In this document: in pieces, positions 53,075-64,000 of the stretch
Position numbering within the stretch: the first letter of the stretch is position 1
Layout: every line of letters begins with the position of its first letter
NCBI GenBank assembly: GCA_963728915.1
Contig: CAVSLV010000002.1
Location: 224,001-288,000 of the forward strand
Source of the DNA: an uncultured Gemmatimonadales bacterium
GTDB lineage: Bacteria > Gemmatimonadota > Gemmatimonadetes > Gemmatimonadales > GWC2-71-9
Direction: 5' to 3'
Length of the DNA: 64,000 nucleotides
Position numbers and translations under genes: made by a program
Notes under the pieces: generated by a model
Databases searched by the model: none
Seen by the model: only the letters and a program-made list of their open reading frames with translations
What the model was told of the DNA's origin: nothing

Positions 53075-54211
53075 TCAGATCCGGTTCCGGCGAAGCTCGG
53101 AGAGTGGATAGAAGGTCCCCCGCCAGCGAATTCCCCTCCGCCACAGGGTGAGAACCGTGGCGCGAAGCAGCACCCACGCGAGCAGAAGGCAGCTGACCGG
53201 AAACACGAGGGCCGTCCGCACCCGGGTGGGGATCTCCCGCGCCAGGGCCCGGGCCGCGAGCACCTGAAAGAGGAGCGCGCCCAGCCCGGCGAGGCGAGCC
53301 GCCGGTCCACCGAGCACGATCGCGAGCAGGGGCACCAGCGCGGTGACCAGGTTGAGCAGCACCCCGCCAAGCGCCGCGGTGGCGTGGTATCCCACGACCG
53401 CGAATGAGTTCTTCATCAGGCCATCGACGGCTTCGCCGAGCGAGGCATACCACTCCACCGCGATGGCGCCGCGGCCCCGAAGCACCCCGGGTCGCGCTCC
53501 GCTCCGCACCAGGAGCTTGGCGAGCTTGAGGTCGTCGTCCGGGCGAAGCCGGATCGGTTCGTGCCCCCCGGCGCGCCGGTAGCTCGAAGCGTTCACGAGG
53601 TTGAAAGCCCCCACGCCGGCATAGCGACGACTCCGGGGCTTGCCCACCCGCCAGGGGCGCGCGGCGACCAGTCCCCACGTCGCGAAGCCGGTGACGAACG
53701 CCTGAAGCCAGAAGCCGGGGACCAGGATCTCCGGCAGGACGGTCACGTGATCGAGGGACGTGGCGATCGCGTAGCCGACCGCGCGGCCGACCGACCGGGG
53801 AGCCATCACGACGTCGCCGTCGGTGAAGAGCAGCCACTCGCCGCTGGCAGCGGCCGCGCCGGCGGCGAGCGCGTGGTTCTTCCCGAGCCAGCCGGGCGGG
53901 AGCTCCCGGACGTGCATAACCCGCAACCGCGGATCCCCGGCGGCGAGCCGGTCCAGGATCTCCCCGGTCCCGTCGGCGGAGCGATCGTCCACCGCCACCA
54001 CCTCGAGACGCGGGTACTCCTGCGCGAGCAACGAGCCAACTGCGGCGCCGACCCCGCGGGCTTCGTCCCGCGCGGCCACGATGATCGAGACCATCGGACC
54101 GTCCGGGGGCTGGGGAAGCTCCTCGAGCTGGGGGAGCTGCCTCATGCCGAAGCGGATGTCGAGCCAGGCCAGCAGGCTCGCGGCGAAGAGCAGAACAGCG
54201 AGTGGGAGCAC
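53075..54211 (-). CDS. GT2 glycosyltransferase (CrtQ/CruG/HpnB-like)
   Basis: VDDRSAD, GWLGKNHA, LFTDGD, PDDDL, IRWRG. Confidence 0.85.
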   Translation of the reverse strand: MLPLAVLLFAASLLAWLDIRFGMRQLPQLEELPQPPDGPMVSIIVAARDEARGVGAAVGSLLAQEYPRLEVVAVDDRSADGTGEILDRLAAGDPRLRVMHVRELPPGWLGKNHALAAGAAAASGEWLLFTDGDVVMAPRSVGRAVGYAIATSLDHVTVLPEILVPGFWLQAFVTGFATWGLVAARPWRVGKPRSRRYAGVGAFNLVNASSYRRAGGHEPIRLRPDDDLKLAKLLVRSGARPGVLRGRGAIAVEWYASLGEAVDGLMKNSFAVVGYHATAALGGVLLNLVTALVPLLAIVLGGPAARLAGLGALLFQVLAARALAREIPTRVRTALVFPVSCLLLAWVLLRATVLTLWRRGIRWRGTFYPLSELRRNRI

Positions 54212-54243
54212 CGCCCAGGAACCCCTTTCGAAACTCGATTACT

Positions 54244-54253
54244 CGATATATCG
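54244..54253. promoter_or_regulatory. Palindrome CGATATATCG, candidate operator for the adjacent PadR
   Basis: AT-rich palindrome in the divergent intergenic region upstream of padR. Confidence 0.5.
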
Positions 54254-54290
54254 TAAGAACTATCGTCCGTTACATCTCACGAGGTATCTA

Positions 54291-54886
54291 ATGCGTAAGT
54301 CAAGCGATGATTGGGGTTTAGGAGGATTCGGTGATTTTTTTTCGTTTGAGCTCCCGAGCATCTTCGGGATTAGAGCTGGTTCCGGGAGGCATCGACATCG
54401 ATCGCGCGAACCCAGATGTTCGAGTCGGGTGAGGTCAAGTTCGTCATCCTCCGGCTGCTCAAGGAAAAGCCCAGCCACGGCTACGAGATCATCAAGGCTC
54501 TCGAGGAGCGGCTGTCCGGGTGCTACACTCCCTCAGCCGGCACGGTGTATCCCACCCTCCAGCTTCTCGAGGACCAGGGGTATGTCCGGGTGGTCGAGGA
54601 GAACGGGAAGAAAGTCTACCACATCACCCCCGAGGGCGAGGCGTTCCTCAGCGAGCACAAGGATGCGGTGGAGGACATCTTCGACCGGGTGCGGGACACG
54701 GTGCGGGATTTCACCGGGGGGCCGATGGGCGAGCTGCACCAGGCGTTCGGAAAGGTCGCCCGGGCCTCCTACAAGCGGGCCTGGCGGTACGGGCCGGGCC
54801 ACCCGGCGGTGCCGAGGATCGTGGAGATCCTGAATCGGACCGCGGCCGAGATCGAGGCTGAATGGACCAGGGGAGGAGTTGAATGA
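54291..54886 (+). CDS. PadR-family regulator; probable true start 54291 with a 1-nt frameshift near 54408 (otherwise ATG 54416)
   Basis: HGYEIIKAL, PSAGTVYPTLQLLED, KKVYHIT; GAGGT RBS before 54291. Confidence 0.85.
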
Positions 54887-55146
54887 GATTCCCGACGTGG
54901 CTCGTGGTTCTGCTTGCGATCTTCTGGATCGGGCCGATGATGCGGTGGATGTTCGGCCAGGGGCACGAAGCGCGCCGGCGGGTACGGGGCAAGCGAGGGC
55001 GGCTGCAGGAAGAGCAGCTCGAGGCGGCGCTGGAGGAGCGTGACCAGGTGATCGAGGATCTTCAGCGGCGGCTCACCGAGCTCGAGTCCCGGCTGGATTT
55101 CACCGAACGAATGCTCTCGACGCCGAAGCAGTCGGCCGGGATCTGA
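54883..55146 (+). CDS. Small TM plus coiled-coil protein
   Basis: One TM, then LQRRLTELESRLDFTERML; ATGA overlap. Confidence 0.75.
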   Translation: MRFPTWLVVLLAIFWIGPMMRWMFGQGHEARRRVRGKRGRLQEEQLEAALEERDQVIEDLQRRLTELESRLDFTERMLSTPKQSAGI

Positions 55147-55203
55147 ACGCGCCTTCCCGGCCTCTTCACCATGGCTTCAGGAGCGGTTCCCAGATTCCCG
55201 GGC

Positions 55204-55722
55204 ATGGTGACGCGCTCTCGTATCGTCGTGGCGACCGGCATTCTCGCCCTCGTTGGGGGATGCCACTACCAGGGCACTCCCGTCCCGATCGCGGGAGACA
55301 CCCAACTCCTCTCCGGCGAGTGGGACGGGACGTACTCGAGCGAGCAAACCGGGCGGAGCGGCACGATCGTCTTCTCCCTCAAAGCCGGTACCGATTCGGC
55401 CTTCGGCGATGTCTGGATGATTCCGCGCCGGCCCGATTACGTGCAGAACCCCGGCGGGGTTCCGGAAGAATCCCGCTCGGATCGAATGCTGGCTCGGCCG
55501 CTCCGGATCGCGTTCGTGCGTTGTGCCGAAGGGGAAGTGACCGGTCGGCTGGATCCCTACGAGGATCCGGAGACTGGAGACCGGATCTTCACCACGTTCG
55601 AAGGTCGCCTCGAGGGGAAACAATTCAAGGGACGGTTTTCCTCCCTGTATCAGCCGAGTGGCATGCGGGCCACCGGCACCTGGTCGGTGACACGGAAGTC
55701 CCCCCCTCCCCCCCAGCCCTAG
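55204..55722 (+). CDS. Hypothetical lipoprotein
   Basis: Lipobox VGGC; beta-rich sequence. Confidence 0.65.
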   Translation: MVTRSRIVVATGILALVGGCHYQGTPVPIAGDTQLLSGEWDGTYSSEQTGRSGTIVFSLKAGTDSAFGDVWMIPRRPDYVQNPGGVPEESRSDRMLARPLRIAFVRCAEGEVTGRLDPYEDPETGDRIFTTFEGRLEGKQFKGRFSSLYQPSGMRATGTWSVTRKSPPPPQP

Positions 55723-55773
55723 CTCGACGCAACAACCTCCGGGCATGGCGCGTCGTATAGGTTTAGGCACATC

Positions 55774-57636
55774 ATGTCCGCCATCTCTTCTCCCGACCCT
55801 GGGCTGCTGAGCACGTTGAGGCAGGCGCTCGACTCGACCTACGAGATCGAGCGCGAAATCGGTGGGGGAATGAGCCGCGTGTTCGTCGGGACCGAGAAGG
55901 CGCTCGGCCGCCGCGTGGTCATCAAAGTCCTTCCGCCCGAGCTCACGGCCGGCGTCAATCGGGAGCGGTTCCGGCGGGAGATCCAGTTCGCCGCCCGGCT
56001 TCAGCACCCCCACATCGTTCCGCTCCTCACCGCCGGCCAGGCGGGCGACATTCTCTACTACACCATGCCCCTGGTCGAAGGCGAGACCCTCCGAGCCAGG
56101 CTGGACCGTGAGAAGCGGCTTCCCGCCGCGAGCGTGGTCTCGATTCTCCAGGACGTGGTCGATGCGCTCGCCTATGCTCATGGCCGTGGGCTGATTCACC
56201 GCGACATCAAGCCCGAGAACATCCTGCTTCAGCGGAACCACGCCCTGGTCACCGATTTCGGCGTGGCGAAGGCCATCAGCGAGGCCTTGCCGGGTACCGC
56301 CGCCACGACGATCGGGATCGCGGTGGGCACCCCCGCCTACATGGCCCCCGAACAGCTCGCAGCCGATCCGGCCGCCGACCACCGGATCGATCTCTATGCG
56401 GTGGGATTGCTGGGCTACGAGCTCCTGTCGGGGTCCTCACCCTTCAGCGGTTCGTCTCCCCAGCAGACCCTGGCGCGGCAGATGACCGAGCGGCCCACTC
56501 CGCCGCATCTGCGCCGCTCCGATATCCCGTCCGATCTCTCCGACCTCATCATGCGGTGCCTGGAAAAGGCGCCGGAGGCGCGCTGGCATTCTGCGGATGA
56601 GCTGCTGGCCGCTCTCGCCAGGCTCCGGCTCACTTCCGGCGGGTTCCCCGCGCTCACCAGGGCCCTGGGGCTGTCGGGAATGCCCAAGGCCAGGCGCAAT
56701 ATTCTGGTGGGGAGTACCCTGATCCTGCTCCTCGCCGCCAGTCTGAGCACCTACGCGATGCTGGGGGCCCATCGGAAGCCGAAGCTCGAACCGGCGCCGG
56801 CGCCCCAGGACTCCCTCCGGGTCTCGACCCAGGGGGCCCTAACCCGCGCCGACTCCGAGGCCATCGCGGCCGCCTTTGCCCGCCGGATCCTCGAGGAACG
56901 GGCCCCGGTGCACAATGCACTGAGCCCTGCTCCGACCAGGCAAGCCGGTCCCGCCGCGAAGTCGGAGGTCAAGCCGGTCGTCCCGACCGCGGATTCGGCG
57001 CGACGCGTGGTGGTCGATGGACAGGTTGTGACGATTCCGGTCGGGCCGGGGGTCAGCCTGAAAGAATTGGATTCGATCCGGGTCCAGGTGGAGCACGCCA
57101 TCGGGGATTCGGTGTTGCGGACCCTCGCCATGATGAGGAACCTGCGCGGGAGGGTTCCCCAGGCCCCCGGGGTCGCGGTTCCGCCGGAGTTCGCGCCGCC
57201 CACGACTCCGCCTGGAGCGCCCAGTGGCCCCGACCGGCTCGTCGTCCTGAACGTGGTGGACGTCAGTCGGGAGCGCGACCTCAAGGACGTCGCCGCGCTG
57301 GTCACGGACTCGATGGTGCACGCCCTGCGGCGGGAAGGGAACGTGCGGGTGCTGAACGGAGAACGCCTCGATGAGCTGGAGCGGCAGTTCGGCAGCGATC
57401 AGGTGCTCGGGATGTCCCTGGGCGCTTCCGCCGTCCTGCGCAGCTCACTGACCACCCGCCGGGACAGCCTCATGCTGTTCGTCGCCGTCTTCGATACCCG
57501 GGCCCAGCGCTACCTCCGGTCGTTCCGCGCCATGGCGCCCAGGAACGCGCCCGAACAGCTCGCGGCCAACCTGGTCCCCATGTTCGAGGAGTGGCTTCGC
57601 CGCGCTCCATCGGCGCAACGCCACGACTCGCCCTGA
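55774..57636 (+). CDS. Hanks-type Ser/Thr protein kinase with TM and C-terminal domain
   Basis: VVIKV, HRDIKPEN, DFG, GTPAYMAPE, DLYAVG. Confidence 0.93.
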   Translation: MSAISSPDPGLLSTLRQALDSTYEIEREIGGGMSRVFVGTEKALGRRVVIKVLPPELTAGVNRERFRREIQFAARLQHPHIVPLLTAGQAGDILYYTMPLVEGETLRARLDREKRLPAASVVSILQDVVDALAYAHGRGLIHRDIKPENILLQRNHALVTDFGVAKAISEALPGTAATTIGIAVGTPAYMAPEQLAADPAADHRIDLYAVGLLGYELLSGSSPFSGSSPQQTLARQMTERPTPPHLRRSDIPSDLSDLIMRCLEKAPEARWHSADELLAALARLRLTSGGFPALTRALGLSGMPKARRNILVGSTLILLLAASLSTYAMLGAHRKPKLEPAPAPQDSLRVSTQGALTRADSEAIAAAFARRILEERAPVHNALSPAPTRQAGPAAKSEVKPVVPTADSARRVVVDGQVVTIPVGPGVSLKELDSIRVQVEHAIGDSVLRTLAMMRNLRGRVPQAPGVAVPPEFAPPTTPPGAPSGPDRLVVLNVVDVSRERDLKDVAALVTDSMVHALRREGNVRVLNGERLDELERQFGSDQVLGMSLGASAVLRSSLTTRRDSLMLFVAVFDTRAQRYLRSFRAMAPRNAPEQLAANLVPMFEEWLRRAPSAQRHDSP

Positions 57637-57645
57637 CGGGCGGCG

Positions 57646-58179
57646 CTATTTGAGCTTGATGTCGGCCCCGGGGCACTTTACCCGCTCGAACCGGACCTCC
57701 ACGCTCGGGCCATCCCCTTCGTTCCGCGGAATCAACGAACCATCCGACGCCATCCGGTAGATGATCCGGGTGGGAAATCCCTTCTTGGCCGGGTTCTCGA
57801 AGAGCACGTACTCGTCCGCCAGAGTCTTGAGCGGGTAGACGTCTTCCGGCTTCCCGTCGCTCGAGGCCGCGAACACCACCATCGAATCCTCCCACTGAAT
57901 CCGGGTGAACTCGTAGCCGGTGGCGCGGTCCTTGGTGAGGTACCGGGTGGTGGCGAGGAGCAGGTTCTCCGAGGGAGAGGTCCAGTTCTCTTCGACCACG
58001 TCGTCCTTCCCGGTCTGGCCCCGCCAGCACCCTTCCATGAACTTGAACCTCGAGAAGTCCACGTTGGGCTTCCGGGGAGGAGCGGGTTTCTCGACCGGCT
58101 TGGGCTTTTCCTGGGCAGACAGGGCGCTGGCGCTGCCGATCGAAGCCGCGCCCATCACCAGGAGGAATCGAAGTTGCAT
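57646..58179 (-). CDS. Secreted hypothetical protein (DUF6265-like)
   Basis: GCWRG, EENW, FENP...FPTRIIY. Confidence 0.7.
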   Translation of the reverse strand: MQLRFLLVMGAASIGSASALSAQEKPKPVEKPAPPRKPNVDFSRFKFMEGCWRGQTGKDDVVEENWTSPSENLLLATTRYLTKDRATGYEFTRIQWEDSMVVFAASSDGKPEDVYPLKTLADEYVLFENPAKKGFPTRIIYRMASDGSLIPRNEGDGPSVEVRFERVKCPGADIKLK

Positions 58180-58240
58180 AGGCCTGAAGGAAAGTGAGTG
58201 CGATGTTAGTTTTCAACTACTTCGACGGAGCGCATGCGGC

Positions 58241-59731
58241 ATGACCTCCACAGCCACTCTCCCAGAGGCCTTTACCCCGGCCCGCGAAGCGGGGCGACCC
58301 GCCTTCAAGGTGCGGGACCTCGCCCAGGCCGAGCTCGGCAGGAAAGAGATCCGGCTCGCCGAGCAGGAGATGCCCGGGCTCATGGCCCTGCGCGCCGAGC
58401 TGGCCGCTCGGCGGCCGCTCGCCGGGGCGAAGATCATGGGCTCCCTCCACATGACCATACAGACAGCCGTGTTGATCGAAACCCTGACGGAGCTGGGGGC
58501 CGACGTCCGCTGGGTTTCCTGCAACATCTTCTCCACCCAGGACCAGGCCGCCGCCGCCGCCGTGGTCGGGAAGGACGGCACCCCTGCTAACCCGCAAGGT
58601 ACTCCGGTCTTCGCCTGGAAGGGCGAAACGCTCGAGGAATACTGGTGGTGTACCGAGCAGGCCCTGATGTGGCCCGACGGGTCGGGCCCTACCCTGCTGC
58701 TCGACGACGGCGGCGACGCCACCCTGCTCATCCACAAGGGCGCCGAGTTCGAGAAGGCCGGCAAGGTCCCGGCCTTCGATGCCGACAAGGAGCCCGAGGA
58801 GTGGGGCGTGATCCTCGAGCTCCTGGGCGCCGAGCAGAAGAAGCATCCGGGGCGCTGGACCAGGGTGGCCGCGGGGATCGTGGGCGTCTCCGAGGAAACC
58901 ACCACCGGGGTTCGGCGGCTCTACGAAATGATGCAGAAGGGCACCCTGCTCTTCCCGGCAATCAACGTGAACGACTCGGTGACCAAATCGAAGTTCGACA
59001 ACATCTACGGCTGCCGCCATTCGGTGATCGACGGTCTCAACCGTGCCACCGACGTGATGCTCTCCGGCAAGGTCGCGGTGGTCTGCGGGTACGGTGAGGT
59101 GGGCAAGGGGTGCGCCCAGGCCCTCCGGGGCCAGGGTGCCCGCGTGGTGATTACGGAGATCGATCCGATCTGCGCCCTCCAGGCCGCGATGGAAGGATTC
59201 CAGGTGACCACCGTGGAAGACGTGGTCGAGACCGCCGACGTGTTCATCACCGCCACCGGGAACCACGATGTGATTACCGCGCAGCACATGGCGCGGATGA
59301 AGGACAAGGCGATCGTCGGGAACATCGGCCACTTCGACAATGAGATCGACATGGCCGGGCTCAAGAAGACCAAGGGGATCAAGCGGATCAACATCAAGCC
59401 GCAATACGATGAATGGGTCTTCCCCGACGGCCACAGCGTGCTGATCCTCGCCGAGGGCCGGCTCCTCAACCTGGGCTGCGCCACCGGGCACCCGAGTTTC
59501 GTCATGTCGGCGAGCTTCACCAATCAGGTGATGGCGCAGATCGAGCTGCACAAGAACGCGTCGAAGTACCAGAAGCAGGTCTACATCCTGCCCAAGCACC
59601 TCGACGAGCGGGTCGCCCGGCTCCATTTGGAGAAACTGGGTGTCAAGCTCACCGCCCTGCGCCCGGACCAGGCCGAATACATCGGGGTCAAAGTCGAGGG
59701 CCCCTACAAGCCCGAGCACTACCGCTATTGA
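58241..59731 (+). CDS. ahcY: S-adenosylhomocysteine hydrolase
   Basis: [45 protein letters not shown]. Confidence 0.98.
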   Translation: MTSTATLPEAFTPAREAGRPAFKVRDLAQAELGRKEIRLAEQEMPGLMALRAELAARRPLAGAKIMGSLHMTIQTAVLIETLTELGADVRWVSCNIFSTQDQAAAAAVVGKDGTPANPQGTPVFAWKGETLEEYWWCTEQALMWPDGSGPTLLLDDGGDATLLIHKGAEFEKAGKVPAFDADKEPEEWGVILELLGAEQKKHPGRWTRVAAGIVGVSEETTTGVRRLYEMMQKGTLLFPAINVNDSVTKSKFDNIYGCRHSVIDGLNRATDVMLSGKVAVVCGYGEVGKGCAQALRGQGARVVITEIDPICALQAAMEGFQVTTVEDVVETADVFITATGNHDVITAQHMARMKDKAIVGNIGHFDNEIDMAGLKKTKGIKRINIKPQYDEWVFPDGHSVLILAEGRLLNLGCATGHPSFVMSASFTNQVMAQIELHKNASKYQKQVYILPKHLDERVARLHLEKLGVKLTALRPDQAEYIGVKVEGPYKPEHYRY

Positions 59732-59746
59732 CCGTATGATCCACAG

Positions 59747-62700
59747 ATGACACAGATGCCGTTGGTCAATTTTCACTCCGTCATCTCGCACTGGTTCTCC
59801 GAACGGATCGGGCAACCCACCCCCGCGCAGACCCGCGGCTGGGAATCCATTCGCACGGGTCATGACACCCTGATCGCGGCCCCGACCGGCTCGGGGAAGA
59901 CGCTCGCCGCCTTCCTGATCTCGCTGGATCAGCTGCTTCGCGAATCCCTCGACGGGCCGCTCCCCGACCAGGTCCGGGTCGTCTATGTCTCCCCGCTCAA
60001 GGCCTTGAGCGCCGATATCCACAAGAACCTCGCGGAGCCGCGCCGGGAAATCCGGAAGCTCGCCGAGGAGGCCGGGTTAGGAACGCCGCACCTCACCGCC
60101 GCGGTCCGCTCGGGCGACACCACGCCCGCCGAGCGGCTCGCGATGCTCAAGACCCCGCCCCACATCCTGGTCACCACGCCCGAGTCGCTCTACCTGCTGC
60201 TCACCTCGGAGCGGAGCCGGGAGATGCTCCGGACCGCGCGCACCGTCATCGTGGACGAGATCCATTCGGTGGTGGAGACCCGCCGGGGCGCACATCTGTC
60301 CCTCACGCTCGAGCGGCTCGACCATGTCGCGGGCCGGAAGCTCCAGCGCATCGGCCTCTCGGCGACCCAGAAGCCGATCGACATGGTGGCGGCGTGGCTC
60401 ACCGGAAGCGGCGGCCGGGCGGTGATCGTGGACGAAGGCCACCGTCGCGAGCTCGATCTTGCGCTCGAGCTGCCCGGCTCACCACTCCAGGCGGTGATGT
60501 CAGCGGAGGTCTGGACCGAGGTCTACGAGCGCCTGGTGGATCTGATCAAGCAGCACCAGACCACCCTGATCTTCGTCAATACCCGGCGGCTCGCCGAGCG
60601 GGCCGCCCGCCAGCTCGCCGACCGGCTGGGCGAAGAGGCGGTCACCGCGCACCACGGCAGCCTTTCCAAGGAAACCCGGCTCGATGCCGAGGACCGGCTC
60701 AAGAACGGCGGGTTACGGGCCCTGGTGGCGACGTCCTCGCTCGAGCTGGGCATCGACATCGGCCATGTGGATCTGGTCTGTCAGCTCGGCTCGCCTCGGC
60801 GGATCGCCACGTTCCTCCAGCGGGTGGGCCGGTCGGGGCACACCGTGCGGGGGACCCCGAAAGGGCGGCTCTTTCCCCTGACCCGTGACGAGCTGGTCGA
60901 GTGCACCGCGCTGCTGCGGGCCGTCAGGAAGGGCGACCTCGACCGGATCGTGATGCAGGAACGGCCGCTCGATGTGCTGGCCCAGCAGATCACCGCCGAA
61001 GCCGCCGCCGAGCAGTGGTCCACCGAGTCGCTGTTTGAGCGATTCCGATCGGCGTACCCCTATCGCGGATTGGCTCGCGCACCGTTCGATGCGGTCATCG
61101 AGATGCTGGCCAACGGTTTTGTGACTCGTCGGGGCCGGCGGGGCGCCCTGATCCATCACGACGCCGTGAATGGGCGGATCCGGGGCCGTCGAGGCGCCCG
61201 GCTCACCGCGCTCACCTCGGGCGGCGCGATCCCCGATGTCGCCGACTACCGCGTGGTCCTGGAGCCGGAAGGAACCTTCGTCGGCACCATTAACGAAGAC
61301 TTCGCGATCGAGAGCAGCGCGGGTGACATTTTCCAGCTCGGCAACACGTCCTGGTGCATGTTGCGCATCGAGCGCGGCACGGTCCGGGTGGCAGACGCCC
61401 GCGGCCAACCCCCGACGGTTCCCTTCTGGCTCGGGGAAGCGCTGGGTCGGAGCAAGGAGCTCTCGATCGAAGTGTCGGAGCTCCGCCGGGAAATCGAGGA
61501 GCGGCTGGAAGACCGGGCCGGTGCGGTGGCATGGCTGACTCGACAAGGGATCCCGGAACCCGGCGCGCTCCAGATCGTCGAATACCTGGGTGAGTCGTAC
61601 CGGCTTCTGGGAGACCTCCCGACCCGGGATACCCTGATCGCGGAGCGATTCTTCGACGAAGCGGGTGGAATGCAGCTGGTACTGCATTCGCCGTACGGAA
61701 GCCGTATCAACAAGGCGTGGGGACTCGCGCTGCGAAAGCGATTCTGCCGCCAGTTCAACTTCGAGCTCCAGGCGGCCGCCACCGAAGATGCGGTGCTGCT
61801 CTCCCTGGGGCCTCAGCATTCCTTCCCGCTGGAGACGGTCTTCCGGTTCCTCAATGCGAAGACCGCCCGGGAGATCCTGATCCAGGCGATGCTCGACGCG
61901 CCGGTGTTCGGAACCCGGTGGCGCTGGAACGCGAACATCTCCCTCGCGGTGCCCCGGTATCGCAGCGGGAAGAAGGTGGCGCCGCAGCTCCAGAGAATGG
62001 AATCGGAGGATCTGCTGGCGGCGGCGTTTCCCGACGCGGCGGCCTGTCTGGAGAACATCCCGGGCGATCGTCAGATCCCCGAGCACCCGCTGGTCGAGCA
62101 GACCATCGAGGACTGCCTCCACGAGGCGATGGATCTCACCGGGCTCGAGGAGATGCTCCGGAAGATCGAGAGCGGGGCGATCCGCTGCGTGGCGAGAGAC
62201 CTGCCCGAGCCCTCGCCGCTCTCCCACGAGATCCTGAACGCCCGGCCCTACGCCTTCCTGGACGACGCGCCGCTCGAGGAGCGCCGGACCCAGGCGGTGC
62301 AGACCCGCCGTGCCTTCGAGCCAGGATCGGCGGATGATCTGGGCGCACTCGATGGCGATGCTATCGCGCGGGTGAGGGACGAAGCCTGGCCCGAAGTGAT
62401 CCACGCCGATGAGCTGCACGACGCGCTGCTCGTCTCGGGGTTTCTGACCGAGCAGGAGGGCCGGACCGGCCGGAACGGGATCTCCTGGGAGCCCTGGTTC
62501 GAGGAGCTGGTGGGAGATCACCGGGCCGAGCGGGTTAGGGGGCTCTGGGTGGCATCGGAACGGATTCCGCTGGCGCACGGGTTGCCGGACGAGGCGGCCG
62601 TGCGGGAGCTGCTCCGGGGCCGGCTCGAGATCGTCGGACCAACCACCGCTCAGGAGCTGGCCAGCTCGCTCGGCGTCGATACTGCCGTAGTGGATTCCGC

Positions 62701-64000
62701 GCTGCTCGCTCTGGAGAGCGAGGGTGTGATCCTCCGGGGCCGCTTCATCCCCGGTGCTTCCCCACACCCAGCACCCAGCACCTCGCACCTGGAGTGGTGC
62801 GACCGGCGACTCCTCGCCCGGATCCATCGCTATACCCTGAACCGGCTCCGCGCCGAAATCGCGCCGGTCAATGGGGCGGATTTCCAGCGATTCCTGTTGG
62901 GCTGGCAGCGGGTGCAGCCGGGTGAACGGGCGCAGGGGCTGGAAGGCCTCGCCGCGGTGATCGAGCAGCTCGACGGTTACGAAGTTCCCGCTTCCGGCTG
63001 GGAGGCAGATATTCTGGGCGCCCGCTGCGCGGAATACGACCCTTCGCTGCTCGACCTGCTTTGTCTCACCGGCCGAATCGCCTGGGGACGGCTGTCTCGT
63101 CCCAATGGGCAGGGAAGAGAGAACGGGGATGGGCCTGCGGCACGGCCGATCCGGACCACGCCGATCGCGCTCTTCCAGCGAAGCAACGCCGGGTTATGGC
63201 AGCAGCTTGCCGGGGCCGATGGAGCGCCGCGGCTTTCGAGCTACGGGGAGACGGTTCGCGGGGCGCTGGAGCGGCGGGGCGCTTCGTTCTTCGCCGAGCT
63301 CGTGGCGGAGTCGGGGCTGCTGGCGACCCAGGTGGAACAGGCACTCGCCGAGCTCGCGGCGGCGGGCCTCGTGACGTCGGACAGCTATGCCGGGTTACGG
63401 GCGCTGCTTACGCCCTCGGCCAAGCGCCAGCCGCTCACCGGAGGGCCGAGGCGGCATCGGGTGGCGCCGTTCGGGATCGACCGGGCCGGGCGATGGGCGC
63501 TGATGGGGAGTCCTGAGTCGGGAGGCGCGAGTCGGGAGGCGATCGAGCGGTATGCGCGGACCCTGCTCCGGCGATATGGGGTCGTGTTCCACAAGATGCT
63601 CACGCGGGAGCCCTTCACGGTTCCGTGGCGCGAGCTGATGATGGTCTACCGGCGGCTCGAAGCGCGAGGGGAGATTCGGGGCGGGCGGTTCGTCGCGGGG
63701 GTGACCGGGGAGCAGTTCGCGCTGCCAGAGGCGGTGGTCGCCCTTCGGGCGGCTCGACGGGCGGGCGGGACCAGGACCCTGGTCGGCATTTCCGGTGCGG
63801 ACCCGCTCAATCTGGTCGGCATCGTGACGCCGGGTGAGCGGATCCCGGCCCTGGCCCGGAACCGGGTGCTATTCGAGGATGGGGTCCCGGTCGCGGTGCT
63901 CGAATCGGGAGAGGCCCGTTTCCTGAAGGAGCTCGCTCCGGAAGAGGAAACCGAGCTCAAGGCGGCTCTGATCAAGCGCACCGTCAGCCCGAGTCTCCGG
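59747..64000 (+). CDS. lhr: Lhr-type SF2 DEAD/DEAH helicase, runs off the window end (absent from the ORF track because it has no stop)
   Basis: [44 protein letters not shown]; frame spot-checked as consistent to the end; C-terminal [12 protein letters not shown]. Confidence 0.93.
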   Translation, partial: MTQMPLVNFHSVISHWFSERIGQPTPAQTRGWESIRTGHDTLIAAPTGSGKTLAAFLISLDQLLRESLDGPLPDQVRVVYVSPLKALSADIHKNLAEPRREIRKLAEEAGLGTPHLTAAVRSGDTTPAERLAMLKTPPHILVTTPESLYLLLTSERSREMLRTARTVIVDEIHSVVETRRGAHLSLTLERLDHVAGRKLQRIGLSATQKPIDMVAAWLTGSGGRAVIVDEGHRRELDLALELPGSPLQAVMSAEVWTEVYERLVDLIKQHQTTLIFVNTRRLAERAARQLADRLGEEAVTAHHGSLSKETRLDAEDRLKNGGLRALVATSSLELGIDIGHVDLVCQLGSPRRIATFLQRVGRSGHTVRGTPKGRLFPLTRDELVECTALLRAVRKGDLDRIVMQERPLDVLAQQITAEAAAEQWSTESLFERFRSAYPYRGLARAPFDAVIEMLANGFVTRRGRRGALIHHDAVNGRIRGRRGARLTALTSGGAIPDVADYRVVLEPEGTFVGTINEDFAIESSAGDIFQLGNTSWCMLRIERGTVRVADARGQPPTVPFWLGEALGRSKELSIEVSELRREIEERLEDRAGAVAWLTRQGIPEPGALQIVEYLGESYRLLGDLPTRDTLIAERFFDEAGGMQLVLHSPYGSRINKAWGLALRKRFCRQFNFELQAAATEDAVLLSLGPQHSFPLETVFRFLNAKTAREILIQAMLDAPVFGTRWRWNANISLAVPRYRSGKKVAPQLQRMESEDLLAAAFPDAAACLENIPGDRQIPEHPLVEQTIEDCLHEAMDLTGLEEMLRKIESGAIRCVARDLPEPSPLSHEILNARPYAFLDDAPLEERRTQAVQTRRAFEPGSADDLGALDGDAIARVRDEAWPEVIHADELHDALLVSGFLTEQEGRTGRNGISWEPWFEELVGDHRAERVRGLWVASERIPLAHGLPDEAAVRELLRGRLEIVGPTTAQELASSLGVDTAVVDSALLALESEGVILRGRFIPGASPHPAPSTSHLEWCDRRLLARIHRYTLNRLRAEIAPVNGADFQRFLLGWQRVQPGERAQGLEGLAAVIEQLDGYEVPASGWEADILGARCAEYDPSLLDLLCLTGRIAWGRLSRPNGQGRENGDGPAARPIRTTPIALFQRSNAGLWQQLAGADGAPRLSSYGETVRGALERRGASFFAELVAESGLLATQVEQALAELAAAGLVTSDSYAGLRALLTPSAKRQPLTGGPRRHRVAPFGIDRAGRWALMGSPESGGASREAIERYARTLLRRYGVVFHKMLTREPFTVPWRELMMVYRRLEARGEIRGGRFVAGVTGEQFALPEAVVALRAARRAGGTRTLVGISGADPLNLVGIVTPGERIPALARNRVLFEDGVPVAVLESGEARFLKELAPEEETELKAALIKRTVSPSLR

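Noticed and set aside
58180..58240. SAH riboswitch upstream of ahcY (GGAGCGCATGC resembles part of the motif)
   Set aside because: The intergenic region is only about 60 nt and the remaining conserved elements and stems are not visible.

Overview
High-GC, gene-dense bacterial chromosome segment with about 60 CDSs. The gene content (PadR plus orphan duplicated permease, sortilin/BNR hydrolase, Hanks kinase, many secreted hydrolases) suggests Gemmatimonadota or an Acidobacteria-like lineage; this is an inference. Recognisable genes include thiC behind a clear TPP riboswitch, ahcY, msrA, a family-5 uracil-DNA glycosylase, an iorAB-like molybdoenzyme pair, hsp20, and an Lhr helicase that runs off the right end. 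I saw no rRNA, tRNA, CRISPR array, transposase or integrase. Most notable: (1) a coupled operon of TonB receptor, two esterases, ATP-grasp, circularly permuted ATP-grasp, YbdK-type ligase and C26 gamma-glutamyl hydrolase, a candidate peptide/gamma-glutamyl synthesis or tagging system; (2) a membrane TrkA-N/RyR-domain gene separated from a further RyR ORF by one in-frame TAG; (3) sulfur-trafficking genes apparently in the TPP-controlled thiC operon; (4) a GT2 with degenerate catalytic motifs; (5) a recurring TAnnnT hexamer 5-7 nt before start codons, a leaderless-mRNA signature; (6) short 7-9-mer tandem repeats, some in-frame inside lhr; (7) an orphan C-terminal fragment of a TonB receptor. The 32.5-38 kb region is dense in frameshifts, most likely assembly indels. 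All family calls come from motif recognition by eye, not database searches.
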